A stretch of DNA of 64,000 nucleotides from Chrysomallon squamiferum. Lineage: Eukaryota; Animalia; Mollusca. The stretch covers positions 6,386,001-6,450,000 of the forward strand of contig CM022675.1 of assembly GCA_012295275.1 (NCBI GenBank), read 5' to 3'. Below are positions 1 to 19,700 of this stretch, in pieces. Under the pieces are notes generated by a model. That model did not search any database and was not told where the DNA came from. It saw nothing but the letters and a program-made list of their open reading frames with translations. The position numbers were made by a program, and so were the translations under genes. The stretch's first letter is position 1, and the number at the start of each line of letters is the position of its first letter.

Positions 1-825
1 CGAGTTAGCTAATGAAGAGAGAACTGAAAATAAAACAGGTTGAAGACCAATGGGACTCTTCACAAAGATATACCAGTTTGTGTAAAGAAAATGCTGATAG
101 ACCACCTTCAGAGTTGCGTCAGTCTATGATACAGACAACGCCAGTCACAAAAACCAAGACAGAACATGGCCGTAACAAGATTCTTTTTGAAATGTGGCAA
201 AAAGCTCCGACTTGAAAGAAGCAAAATCCTCGATTCTAGCTATTAATATTTTATACTTTTTAAATAAAAACAATTTGCGAAGAAATGTGACGTTTTAGAG
301 AGAAACTCTGGAACCTTGAATAGAAAAGTGTACAATTCCTGTCTACTTCAAGCAATGACATTTTGCGCTGAAACATGGTAACGTGTTGTTGTTGGTGTTG
401 TTGTTTGTTTTGCAGTGGCTGTTGTTGTTGTTGTTGTTTTTTCAGTGGGAAGCAGATGACGGATATTTTCTGAGGTAGCAGCTGCATTCGTAAAATACTG
501 AGTAATCGTGAAAGATAGTAACCAAGAAATATTCATTCTCTGTTCGTCACAACTTTAAGTGTTACAGCATAAGCAGATTATTGTCACAACCAATTCTTGC
601 AGCTTATCGTAGCGTCCATTAAAATGTAGACATCATCAGTGTTTATAAGATATTTTCTGATCTTTTAGGAACTATTTCGACTATGTTTTCATATCATTAT
701 TATTGTTGTTGTTGTTATGTTATTGTTTTTGTTTTTGTTTGTTGTTTCTGGGGGGATTCTGTTCTTCTTTTTTTTATGCTTATAGTCACATTTTTTTTGT
801 TTTTTTTTGTTTGTTTTTTGTCAAG

Positions 826-1907
<1,082 letters not shown>

Positions 1908-1947
1908 TAACTAAATTTGTTTTCACTCTTTTTCTTTTTTGTTATTT

Positions 1948-2002
<55 letters not shown>

Positions 2003-2272
2003 TTTGCTCGTTTGTTTCTTTGTTTGTCTGTCTGTCTGTTTGTCTATTTTTTTTTTTTTTATTTTTTTTTTTTTGGTTATATGTTTAGTTAAATAAAACA
2101 GTTACAGAACCTGTGCTAAAAAGTAGTGAAAATAAAGCAGTAAAAACTGAATTTTTATTCTTATTTTTTTATCCTACGACATGAGGCTCGCAATCACATG
2201 GGCACAGGAAACAACAGACGTTCGTATTCATTATGAAACGAACAATACAGACAGAAGCATGTGAATACTCAC

Positions 2273-2601
2273 TCATCTCTCATGTCAGCAGTTTTGTTGT
2301 TCTTGGACATAAATATCAGATGGTCAAAGTGATTTCTCTTTTCTGTCGTAAACGTTCGGTGGGTTACACTGTTCTGGAGAAATCGTTTCGTTAAAGTTTT
2401 TTACTTCCGAAATATCAGTTTTTTTCGTTTTCCACTAAAAGAAAAAAACAGTGATTACAACAATTGCAACAACAAGGGAAAAAATAAATAAATAAATAAA
2501 TATAATAATAATAATAATAATAATATTAATAATAATAATATATAAGCGATAATACCAGCGATTATTATTAGATATAATAACAAAGAAATTTCATGGCATA
2601 T

Positions 2602-2649
<48 letters not shown>

Positions 2650-4094
2650 TTATTTATTGACATTATTATTATTATTACAACTACTGCTACTACTACTACT
2701 ATTACTACTACTACTACCACTACTACTACTGAATGATAGAAGTATTATAATGTGTGTAGTTTATAAGTTAAGATTAACTCTAAATGTTATTTGTGCATGA
2801 CACATGACATGAGGTCATATTTTCTGTTTGATATTACTGTAAATATTTAAGTAGTAAACGAAACAATATGGAAAATGGATTATCAGCATAAATTAAAGAA
2901 TATTGTTTTGTGTTCCCTTTCTTACAATTTGTATTATACTATGTGAAAAAAAAATTATAAGAAAGGCAACACAAAAGAATATTCTTTAGTTTATTTTACA
3001 ATGCAGTTAAAATATGTATCTAAAAAATCTATCATGTATTAAAATTTATAAAACAGCCTCCACTGAATAGTAGAAGTTAACAGGAATAAAGATTAATTTA
3101 TATGAGGGAAAAGATAAAAATTACTTGTTATTTGTTAAAAACAGTAAAATTCTTAAAAGAAAAAAAACTGTAATGTCAGACTTGTAAAATAATAAGAAAC
3201 ACAACTTCAGTACTTCTATTGTTCAACTACATAACAAATTAAAAAATTCAAGTTTCAAATTTCAAATTATTACAGTGGAACGAAGAACAAAAATAAGATA
3301 ACAGCTTTGAAAACATTTGAACGCAGCGAAAATCACCACATCACAATTTTCTTGTGACTTCCCATACCTAGCGACTTCGAGATGACATCCTCTCATTTAT
3401 TTTGATGTTTCAGTGTTTATATGTTTCACCATTTGTATATCTCTTAACGTCTTTTCGTATCAGTTTGAATCAGGCTATGTGCTCATTTTGTAAAGTTATG
3501 TGTAAAAGTCCGGTCTTGCTGTATCATATTTTCATGATATTGTCTTTCTCTAGTCTATGGGTAATATTTCTGTCATGGTCTAGGTTCTGAAGGCATTTAT
3601 CACTCGCTTTCTTTTCCTGTGATCTGTTTGTGTTGCTTTGAACTCGGCCCTGGTTTTTATTTAAACGTGATGTTCGTGGTTCTCTGTTTTCATGATATTT
3701 CCCATTAAACCACTGTGTCGCCTCTTTCCTTTTTCATACGAATACTGATAATCAAGACTCGAGCGATATATTGACTTTAACATTAACATCAGTAATCAGA
3801 GATATAAATAATAAATGTAATCATAATTTACCTGTGAGAATCTTCTGACGTACAGTCAGATGTTTCATTTTTGCTACTGAACCGACTTCGAGTACAAGAT
3901 TATTGTCACCATGGAAACAGTACTTCGAACAGCACGAGCCATCGTAAGTTTTCAGACACCCGCATTCGCACGTCTTCGTCACCAATCGGAATTAAGAATC
4001 TGGAAGAATGGCAGTGTATAATATATACAGTCTGTTCCTGCAATACAAAAGTGTTCAGTCATCATTGTCTGTGAGAATTATTTTATAGTTTCAC
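2273..4094 (-). pseudogene. Hog gene copy C, pseudogene
   Basis: Exon 4037-3832 encodes ...KTCECGCLKTYDGSCCSKY|CFHGDNNLVLEVGSVAKMKHLTVRQKILT but is 206 nt (frame broken) with in-frame TAA at 3994-3992. Exon 2434-2273 has indels and has lost SITG of the TGDH motif. The start appears mutated to GTG AAA CTA TAA at 4094. The last two exons were not found. Confidence 0.8.
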
Positions 4095-5925
4095 GATTTT
4101 TTTCAACTCTTTTTGTTCCTGTTCCTCGCTCTGTCATAAATATACACGAAGTGTATTAACCTACTTGTTATTTTCAAGGAAAAATCGATCATATATTTAA
4201 ATATTTTACTTTAATCTAAATAAATAACAAAAACGTAGAGTAGCCTATATTGTGAAGATCATAACGTTAATCAGCTTATTTGAATTACGTTCTTGCGTCC
4301 AGACATCATGGCTCGCTAGGTTTCAGTGTTAGTAATGTTGAAAATTTACCAGTCCTGAAAATTCTAAGAATTCGAAATAGTGTTATTAATATATCCATCG
4401 TCCGACAGTGCAATTATTAGTAAACTTCTGACGTAAACTGAACAGAAGTAATACACCATTTTTTTTTTCTAAGAATTCCACGCTAAACGTAAACATTATT
4501 AAATATGGGAATAAAAAGATCATTTCGTTTATTTATACAGTTGCTTGGTGACACCACGAAGGATCTGATAAACACAAGAACATGGAAATTAGTTTAGAGA
4601 TGTAGACGACCTTCCATTTCAAACACTGATTATGTGACAGTAGAGGCAAATGTTTATATTTCAGTAGCTCCCAGTATCCTCCATTAATAATCCAGCTCTC
4701 CTCAATTCTAAATTCTTCTGTTGAAAACCTGTAACTGTACTGAATACTGTAAACTGGTATGATACTGTGGCTTGTTTAAACCTTCTCGCCTTTTTATCGA
4801 GAAGGTTGACTAACCCAGCAATGAAAATAAGGCGAGCAGCTGACCAAACCCAGATAAAGACATCTACCTAACGTCCTCAAAGAAGACGTTTCTACAAAAA
4901 ACTAAAAAGCACCAAAACATTACCTGGTAATTTATCTCAAGAAGCGCCTTCAGTTCATTGATGTCCTTGAGAAGATTTGAGATTGCGAAAATAAGAGTTT
5001 TAAAACTTTATAATCCTTGTACATTCCATAAGCAGTATAATTTCAGAAGACTGAAGTGCAGAATTTTATTATTATATATATTACAGGATATAAACAGCAT
5101 GCATCAAATTAAGTCTGACATAATTCAATGTAGCTATGTATTTGGAAGCGAGCATACTGGCTCAGTATTTGTTAGAAACAGTGAAATTATGAGGAAAAAT
5201 TAATTATTATATTTTTCTACTGTAATGTGATAATGTACAAATGACAATGTCTGTTTATAGCAAAGTGTATTTCTAACTTCTACACGAAGCACAATTTTTA
5301 GAAGTTAAACGGTAATTAAAGTGATACGACTAAACACTGAAATGTTGCGTATTACTTGCGCTGACGTAATAAACTTTTATAGAAAAATGAAACATTAAAA
5401 TAATACTGTTGAAAACATTTGATCCCTGCCAAATCACTACGTCATCTTTTCTTCGTGACGTCATAGTCAGTATTACGGTTTTAGTACTTTGTATTATTTA
5501 TTTATTTCGTTGCCGTGTGTGTACAATTGTTTTTCCTACACACTCACACAGAGAAACATACATACATTCTAACAGACACGTAAAAATGAATCATACTTGA
5601 TATATATAAGACTACAGTTATTTATAGACGTCTGTGAACACATTCGACTGTTATTCTGTATTTCACTACTAAATACTTAATTATCTCCCGTCATTGTTCT
5701 AAATCTTTGTTAGATATGTTGTGCATGAAAGAATCGTGTTTTATATACTATAAATTAAATCATGTGTCATGAAATCATCAGAATGTTTCAGAATAATGAA
5801 AAGATACAAATATGACAACTAGTGATTAATACTTTAATTTGTTTTCAATAATTATCCGCAAACCCCAGATATAGGGACAAAATAAAACGAAATAAAATTA
5901 TAAGAAAAAAAATAACAAAACAAGC

Positions 5926-10262
<4,337 letters not shown>

Positions 10263-10599
10263 AATTTCAGCCCACTCTGTTTTTCTCTCTCTCTCTCTGA
10301 TAAACATACCTGAAATGGTTTAACTTATTTTCATGGTATGAAGTCATTTGCATAGTCGTAAAAAAGTCAAAATCGATCATATATTTAAATATTTTAGAAT
10401 AATTTACATAAATAACAGAAATATTCTGTCCTGAAAAAAGCGAGTTGTAGCCTGTGTTTTGAAGAAAAACATTAATTTCGAGACCAGTGAGTCACAACTG
10501 AAACAATCACTCTGCATAATTAAATTGGAAATGATTTTTTCTAAATCAGCATTACAGCATATGTTTTCAGTTGTCATAGATAGTTTGGAGAACGCATAC

Positions 10600-10745
10600 T
10601 TATATTTCGATTTTGTCTCCAATTATTAAATATATTAAATTACGATTTTGTGTCCAATTATTAAATATATTAAATTACGATTTTGTGTCTAATTATTAAA
10701 TGTATTCAAGTACGATTTTGTGTCCAGTTTTTAAATATATTTAAT
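10600..10745. repeat. ~35-bp tandem repeat, about 4 copies
   Basis: Unit AATTATTAAATATATTAAATTACGATTTTGTGTCC repeated with few changes. Confidence 0.8.
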
Positions 10746-11682
10746 TAATTTCGCTTCATTAGTCATGAGCAAAACCAGTTTTATTTTCAGTAACATTAAA
10801 AACTGACAGTTATGCTCTGACAATGTATTCCGAAAAAGAAAATAGAATATCATCTCTCTCTCTCTCACACACACACACAACATACATAAACAGTCATAAA
10901 AATACATGAAATGGTTAAACATTTCCATTATTATCTTCAAATGTTCATCAGTTTTTTCAAACTCAGCTGCAGCAAATAGAGTTTGTAATATTTAAATGTA
11001 GCTTTATTTTTTGAAACCTAAAAAATGTGAAGTTACTTGTCAAAAACTGAAATATTCTGAAAATGAAATAATTATATTCTCTTTTTTATTTTTTATTTAT
11101 TTTATTTATTCGAATTGAGAAAAGACACAAATCGTAATGACAGACCAATTACATAGGATGAAGAATACTGATACCTCCATTTCAATCTAAAGATTAAACA
11201 TTCAGTTAAATCAAGGGTGTTGATATTCAGATAATTAATTTAAGCCTTTAGATGTGTCAAGTTATTATTAAGTAAATATTTATATATTCCTATCTAAAGA
11301 TCATATCTGAAATTATTATTTGATTCAAATTTAAATAACCTTTTAAAATATACGGTAATCTGTATGAAACAGAAAAATAAAAGGAAAAAAGATATAGAAA
11401 TAAATAAAAAGACGTAAATTTTTATATGATTTTTTATTTCTGTTTTATTATTATTTTTTGGTCTGTCTTTTTCTCTTTCTTTCATTCATACAAAGAACAT
11501 AATTAAATAATTCTATTTAAAGAGATATAGGTAATTTGATTACTCAATACCTTTATTATTTTTAATAAAGATTCTTTATATGTAATCAGCATACAACACA
11601 CATTCATAATTTTTAATGAAGATCTTGGTTTTTATAAAGAAAACAACAACTGGGCAGACATATCCTATCAATTATTACAATG

Positions 11683-14600
11683 CTATCTGGTTTTAAACAC
11701 ATTAAAACTGAGTTCTTTCCCTTGTATTTTCCCTTCATGTTCATCTCTTTTCCCTTCTCTCAGTTTTGTCTCCATTTCATCATCTGCGTTAGGTCTCTGA
11801 TGCACAGCACCAGAAGATTTCAAATCCAAGGGTGACAACTCTAAGTCACTGCTGTCTTCCACCTCCATATCTTCTGATGGAATATACAAGTCGTTCACCT
11901 TGAACTGTGGCCCTTTGGAACTTGAATCCAGAAGTTCTGTGAGGCGCCAGTCAAAAGTCTGAGTTCGCAGAGAAGACTTCTCCATAATGCAAAGAGCTTC
12001 AGCCATTTTGTCTGTGACTTGCCTTGAGGCTCTAAGACTGACGTTTTTGGCGAGATTTTCATTTCCGACAGGAAGTGGATTTTCTATGTACAGTGCATGT
12101 TGGTTGGGTTTGTCGAATGAAGTTCCTTCCATTAAGGAAAGAGCTTTGTTCTCAAAGTCAAACTCGGAATAAAACAGAAAGAATTCCATAAGCAGCGTTT
12201 CTGAAAAACAAAAAGTTAATAATTCATATTATCTTAAGAAAGTTTACAAACAAAGAAATCAAAATACATTTCATGTTTTTCCAGACAACCATGTTATTTG
12301 TTTATAGAGACCCCATTTGAAAAAAATATATATATAGAAATAGCTGTCATTGTTTCAAAGTTTATTTCTAAATGGTACAAACAAACAACCCAAACACATT
12401 TCACATTCTTCCAAACATTTGTATTAGTAACTTAGTTGTTTCGACATCTGAAAATAATAAATTATGATAATAATATAACCAACCTGTAAATTCATATTTT
12501 TTCCTTTCCTTTACAGCATTGTTTATATATATGGAAATGTTAAAAATTCCAAAAAAAAATAAATGAATAAACACAGATAATTATGTAATGATTTGTTCAG
12601 ACTGCTTTAGTAGTTTGTTGTTTTTTTCATAAATCTGATTTAAAAAAAAATTAAAACAGAATAAAGGAACATGTGTTTGTGCCTTCCTATGAAATTATTT
12701 CATTTTCCTGTTTTAACAATAGCAAAAGCGATAAACAAATAAATTATCAAATATAAAAGGATACAAAATATGTATCAGTGAAAGACAGAGAAATGAGATG
12801 TTTTATAAATATAGCTACTGTCTTTGTTTTTAAATAATGTATTTAAAACAATTCCAAAATGTATTATTAGAATAAAAGACAAAATAAAAATTAAATAAAT
12901 AAATAAATAAATAATGAATAAACAAACAAATAAATTAAATTAAACAAATAAATAATAAAAAATCAATTCATTAATAAATAAACAAATAAATTTAATAAAA
13001 CAAACTCAAAGGTGTCAAACTAGCAAACAAATCAGTTCCATTCCAAACCATGGTTTTTAACAAACAGTAAATAAAGGTATGAACACAAATTCTGCTATTT
13101 AACAAGTGTAAGAATAAATGCTACATCTAAATAAAATGTGGGGATTATTTAAAATTTTTAAATTTTAAATATAAATAAATAAATAAATTATTTAAAATTA
13201 AACTTACCAAGATTTTCTGTGTTGATAACTGGTAACATTTCTTTCTTGCTTTTTTCATCCAACAAAGGATTGGACTTCTTTCCTGTATACATATATAATA
13301 ATAATAATAATGATGATGATGATGATGATGATGATAATAGTATAATAACAATAAAGATAATGATGATAATAAGAATAATTAGAATAATAATAATGAGAAA
13401 AAGAATAATTAATAATGATAATGATGATAATAACAATAGTAATAATAATAATAACAATAATAGTAAAAGTAGTAGCAGTAGTAGTAATAATAGTAAAACG
13501 GTCTAAAAATATAATGGAAATCAGAATTAAGTTTAATACTGTTTCAATATTATGATGTTTTCAAACATAAAAGATACATTTCAAAGCCAGAAAAAAGTAT
13601 TTTTTTATTTATCCAATATTCAGTAGGTAATTATAAACATGAACAATAAATGACATTAATTTATCCTCTTTTCCACTGTTTCTTATTACAAAAGATAAAA
13701 ACATATTAGAATAATCTGCTTATCTTAAATTCAATATGTTACTAAATGTTAAATAAAAAAAATATAAAAATAAAATAATAAAACTAAATTTTTGTTATTA
13801 CTAATCCAGTTTTCCACTGGTAGTCACCAAAAATACACATAAAAATAAGAAAAACATATTACAATAATTTATTTTAAAAACAAATATAAAAAAAAAAGTA
13901 TTACTAATCCAATTTTCCACTAGTAGTCACAAAAAATACACATAAAAGTAACAAAAAACATATTACAATAATCTGCTTATCTAAATTCCATTGTTATCAT
14001 ACACAACATTAAATAAAAATAAATATTCTTTTTTTAAATTTAAAAAACTAAACCTATCACATGTGGTATCAAAAACTTTTCAAAAATTGACAAAAACCAA
14101 CTTACTGATCCAGTCTTCCACTGCCTGTGCTGTAGGAATCACTGACTTTGTCTGAAGGAAGAATATGACTAGCATCAACCAGAGGAAACTGGTTGGCTGA
14201 GCAGTGAGACCGCTACTGACCAAGTGGTTTGAGTGTGCCCACTGCTTGACCACTGCTACCATAGGCTTGACCCTCGGGTCAAACATGCTGTAGACGTACA
14301 TAAGTTCGGACATTAGGGAACCTGATCTGTTGGAATAAAAATGATTTTAAAATGTTTATTTTACTGTTAATTAACATAATGACAAAAATAATAAGCATGT
14401 AATTAAAAAAATATATTTTTGTAAGTAACAAAAAGTGAAAAAGGAACTAAATTAATAAATTATTTTAATAAATAAGGCATAATAAAAATAAAAAAAAACA
14501 GAAATAATGATAAAACAGAAATAAAACAACTGAAAAATAATAATAACAATAAAATAACATTAATAAAAAACTCCATTAAAAATACAAATAATGCAAAAAT

Positions 14601-16654
14601 AAATAATAAATTCAAAATATTTCTAAAATAAATAATTAACGGAGACAGTGTCCAAAATATTTTTTAAATAAATATGGATAAAAATAAAAATTAAATTATT
14701 TAAAAATAAAATAAATCAAATTAACAAATTAATTACACAAAAAATTCACCTGTTCCAAATACTTAAATCACCACATTAATTATGTTAAAATTCACCAGTT
14801 TTAAATACTCAAATCACAGTTAACACATTAATTATGCTCAAATTCACCAGTTTTTAATACTCAAATCACAGTTAACACATTAATTATGCTCAAATTCACC
14901 AGTTTTGAATACTCAAATCACAGTTAATACATTAATTAATCTAAAATTCACCTGTTTTGAATGCTTAAATCACAGTTAACATTGAGGGTTTTGAATTTGA
15001 CAATAGGAACTCGGGCAAACAGAATCCTCTGAACTTTGGAACAGGCAGGAGTTCGTCTGATTGTGTTCGTGACTTTTGTCAGCAGGTGGCGTGACAAAAT
15101 ACGTTCCCTTTTCTCGTCAATCATCATGAACTGGGCACGTTTTTCTCTCTGAAATTACAGCAACATTATCTTTCTAAAATTCTTCAGTTTAATAAAAATA
15201 AATAAACAGTTTATTTAGTAGGCAACTTATTTGTAATCTGTTTGTAGAAAATAAATAAATGTTTTATTTAAAAAACAACGAATTCTTAATTTATTTGGTT
15301 AAAAAAAAGAAATGGTTTTAATTCCCAACAAATTTTTGATCCATTTAGGAAAAATAATAGATGGTTTATTTAATAGCAAAACATGCATTTAATCTATTTG
15401 AAATCAAAAAAAAAGAATAAAAAAAAAAAAAAAAAAGTAAGAAATGGTTTATTCAACAGAAGACATATTTTTAGTCTATTTGGATAAACAAAATATATTT
15501 TTTTATTTAAAAGACAACAAAACATTATCCATTTCAAGAAAACATAATGTTTTATTCAGCAGACAGCATATTTTAAATTTATTTGGAGAAAAGAAAGAAA
15601 TTGTTAATTTAAAAGACAACATATTTTTCATCTATCTGGAGAAATTTACTTTCATGGTCACAATGATTTTTGTCATTTTCATACAAACACTTTTATGTCT
15701 GGGCTTGATACAAGCCATATTAATTTTGTAGTCATTTCAACAGAGTAATGAAGCCTTTGTCATTTTCAAACAGGATAATATTCAATGTCACAGTCCACTA
15801 ATGTTTTGATGCATATGATTATGGATCAAAAACTACAATGTTGTTATGCTGTGGATTAAAACTTTTTAAAGTTAGTGTCAACGCCTTTTTATAATCAAGT
15901 TTGAAGAAAACAAAATATTATATACTAATCTTTTAACTGAATGTAAAGAAAAGAAAAATATAATTGAAATTTTCTTCACAAACAGCTTGATTTCTTTTTT
16001 TAAATTCAATTTTTTTTTTTTTTTTCCTCTCTTTATTTAATTTGTCCCCATGCAGCAGACAACAAACCATGTTCTCTGTTGAATAAATCTTTTTATTTTC
16101 TTCAAATGGATGAAAAAAATGTGCTGGCCTTTAAACAAACCATTCTTTTTATATTATTTTTCACCAAATTAAAAATCTGTTGTCTGTTAAAAAAACAAAA
16201 ACAAAAACTGTTTTTCTTCTCCAAATGGATTAAAAATGTTAAATAAACCATCTAAATACCTGTTAAATAAACCATCTTTTTATAATTTTTTATTTTTTAT
16301 TTTTTATTTTTTTCAAAAATGGATTAAAAATACATTGAGCTGAAAAGAAGTACTATTTTCTACAGAACAACTTACAACTTTTGAAGGAAACACAGTCATC
16401 ATCATGTCAAGGTCTGATCCGTCCATTCCGAACCCGTTCACTGAGGAGCCGTACGGTTCCAGTGAGCAGTGAATGAACATCGACACAAAGAAGTCTTCGA
16501 AAGCCGAGCACAGGAAAAACCTCAGACGAGAGCCTAACTCGGTCATCTGACTGGAGGATGCCAGATGCTCCATTTGTTCTGAAATCTTGGTGATATAGAA
16601 CAACCAAAATGAATGAATGAGAGAGAGAGAGAGAGCGAGAGAGAGAGAGAGGGG

Positions 16655-16746
<92 letters not shown>

Positions 16747-19700
16747 CATCTGCCCAAATAATGAAATGATAACATGGAAACACACAGCATTTTATTTGAG
16801 TGTTGATTCTTACCACTGTAATTACACTTTAATTTTCTTGGAAACTAAACAATGAAGATATGAAAACTGTGCTTCATGTAGGATTACTGATTAGAAGTGG
16901 ACATTGCTATAAAAAGATATAACAATTTGTGTTTTCTGTCAGTATGTGTGTCCCTTCCATGTCCTATTTCATACATTTTTAAATTTTCCTTCATTGAGCT
17001 TTTTAAGGACATGCTCAGCCTTTAATCTGATACGAGAGCAGAAATATTGGCAACAAGAAAGAAAAACAGACTTACACTTCGTATAGACAAAAGATCTGAA
17101 AGCTGTTGGGTATTTTTTGAGTCCATGACGACCACTGGAAATGTTCCTTCTTTCTTTGGTGACTGATAATGAAACAGCCGAGTTTTCCACACTCGTTTTG
17201 CTGATGGGATGAATGAAATATCTTTTAACTTCTTTATGGAATTCTGATTCTCAAACTCAATCAATACATGGTTCTGAAATACAGAATACAATCTATAATT
17301 TAAAATTAAAATTTAAAAAAATCTTATTTTAATGCCATGATACAAAAGAACACACCATGGCAATAGACATTATTTTAAAAAAAAATTCTTATGGAATTCT
17401 GATTCTCAAACTCAGTCAAATGCATGGTTTTGAAATTAAGAATAAATTTTATGATTTAAACAAAATATCTGATTTTGATAAAATGATACAAAGATCAATG
17501 ACAACAAACAATACTTTAGGGTCATTCCGTGTCAAATCACCCAAAAAAAAAAGAAATTTAAACCCGACCGTCTCAGATTTTTATAAAACTTGGTATACTT
17601 GTTGACTGGGATCCCACAGCACCAAATCTGAATATTTAGCTCAATCAGACCAGTGGTATGGGAGATACGGCCCACCGAATTTTGAGATTTTTGCCAAAAA
17701 TGGGTGTGACCACCAACCTTAGAACCCTCACATCTCAGGAACTACTGGGCCAATCTTCATAAAATTGGTATTGTTAGAAAGGCAAAATGACAAGGATACC
17801 AAATCTGCCATTTTTGTTTAGTTTGGAAAATATTGGAGTACCTTGACCTTTTGACCTTTGCTATGACCTTGAAACTGACCATGTGGATCACGTGATCTTG
17901 AGATGACCTTTGTTGAAATTTAATCTCCCACATGTTAACTAAAACATATAAAAGTTTCCTGGGTGTAATATTTTTGTTTAGCCACAATATAGATTTAAAA
18001 ATGCACATACATGAAAATAACACCTTTTCAGCCATTAACATCTGATTAACTAAAACCTGAATGATCAATTCTGGATGCTAGGGATCACCATCTTTCTTGA
18101 TCATTGAGTAAGACACTGTAGGCCTACATGTATGCATAAAGTTCACATAAATTTGAGAGAACTAGGTGTTTCTGATGCTTAACCTTCTCACCATGTTTGT
18201 TTCAAATGCTCACTGTATCCTTCATTCCCAGACACATTCTACTGTTCTCATCACTTTCATAAAATTGGATTATTTCCTCCTTCAATTCATTGTCCTTTCA
18301 ATGGTAAAGGGTGACAAAATCAAGATTTGCACACACTCTGGGTAGGATTCAGACATTAAGATGTCATTTTAATGTTACTGTAGCTGATGCTAGTTTTTTT
18401 CTGTCCTTTCATTCATTTACTGGAATTTGCTAGTGAATGGAGTTTGACAGGAGTTTCACCTAAACTCGACAGAATAGAATTCAAATCAAAGTCCTTTTCT
18501 GGGGAAACAACAACCAGCCGTTTGTCTGGCAAGTTATCACCAAATTCTCCCATTGTAATACCACCCATACTAAAGCCATCCTCTGCAGGACCTTTGATTT
18601 CTGAAGGGTAATCAGACAGTCACAGCACAACTTGTCTCCTGGCACTAGTGTCTTTGGAGGATTTACTAAGCATTTGTAAGTGCCCATGCTAACAATTCTT
18701 AAAGATCTAGTGCGTGCTTGCTCAGGGTGGCGATTAAGGGGATCACAACAGTTTTTCTGCAATGTTGAAAATTTGATGAAAAGTTCTTGTTCGTGATACT
18801 CTTGATGTCCCGTGTTTTGATCCCACTTCAAAGAGTGAGGAGTTCAACTTCCTCAGTTTTCCATACACTTCAAACAACTCCTTTTTGATATGATGGTGTT
18901 GATAACACACATTTTCAGGAGAGTTAAAGCTGCAGTTAGCCCTGGAAGAAATAAGGATTTTCAGTATTGGCCTGCACCTTCAATTTCAATAGAACAAAGT
19001 CAGTGCTTTCCTAAATATTAAATCAAATCCTGAAACCCTTTCAGTAAAGTTAAGCAGGTCATAAAATGGCAGCAGAGTACATGTGTTATTGCCAAAGGCC
19101 CACAAGTCTTGGGCATTTATGTCAATCTTCTCAAGTATAAATCACAGTTTATTAAGGTGAAGTAGACCTTGTTCATACTCTGTGCAGAAGACTGGGTGTA
19201 CAAATACATTATGCAGTACATCACTTTCGATGACGCCTGATTTCAGACTGGGTTGTACTGTTGTTGACTGAAACCTTGTTCAAAACCAATGGCAACATGA
19301 CATGATAAAATTACTTAATAGGTTTTATGAAATAAAAATATTGTTTATATATCAACATCTGACATTGTGTCCAACTTAAAAAGCTTCAGATTGTCAAAGA
19401 AATGCAGATGAAGAAACTTCTTTGTCTTAAACTTCTTTGTCTTAAACTTCTAATTGCCATGTGTTCAATGGGGATTGCACCAGGGAATCTAAAGGAGTTC
19501 CTGACCTGCCTGAAGCATCACTTCCTGTTAACCCTTTCAGCCTGATTGTGTACAACATGTCATGCCATTTGGCATCTTTTCATATCCTTCAGGCATTTCT
19601 TCAGACATGTCAGATGGGTTTTAACTCCAAAGATGAGTTTTTAGTCTCAGAAAAAATGTACATTGTAATGCATAGTATCAATCATCCATGCAGGTATGCA

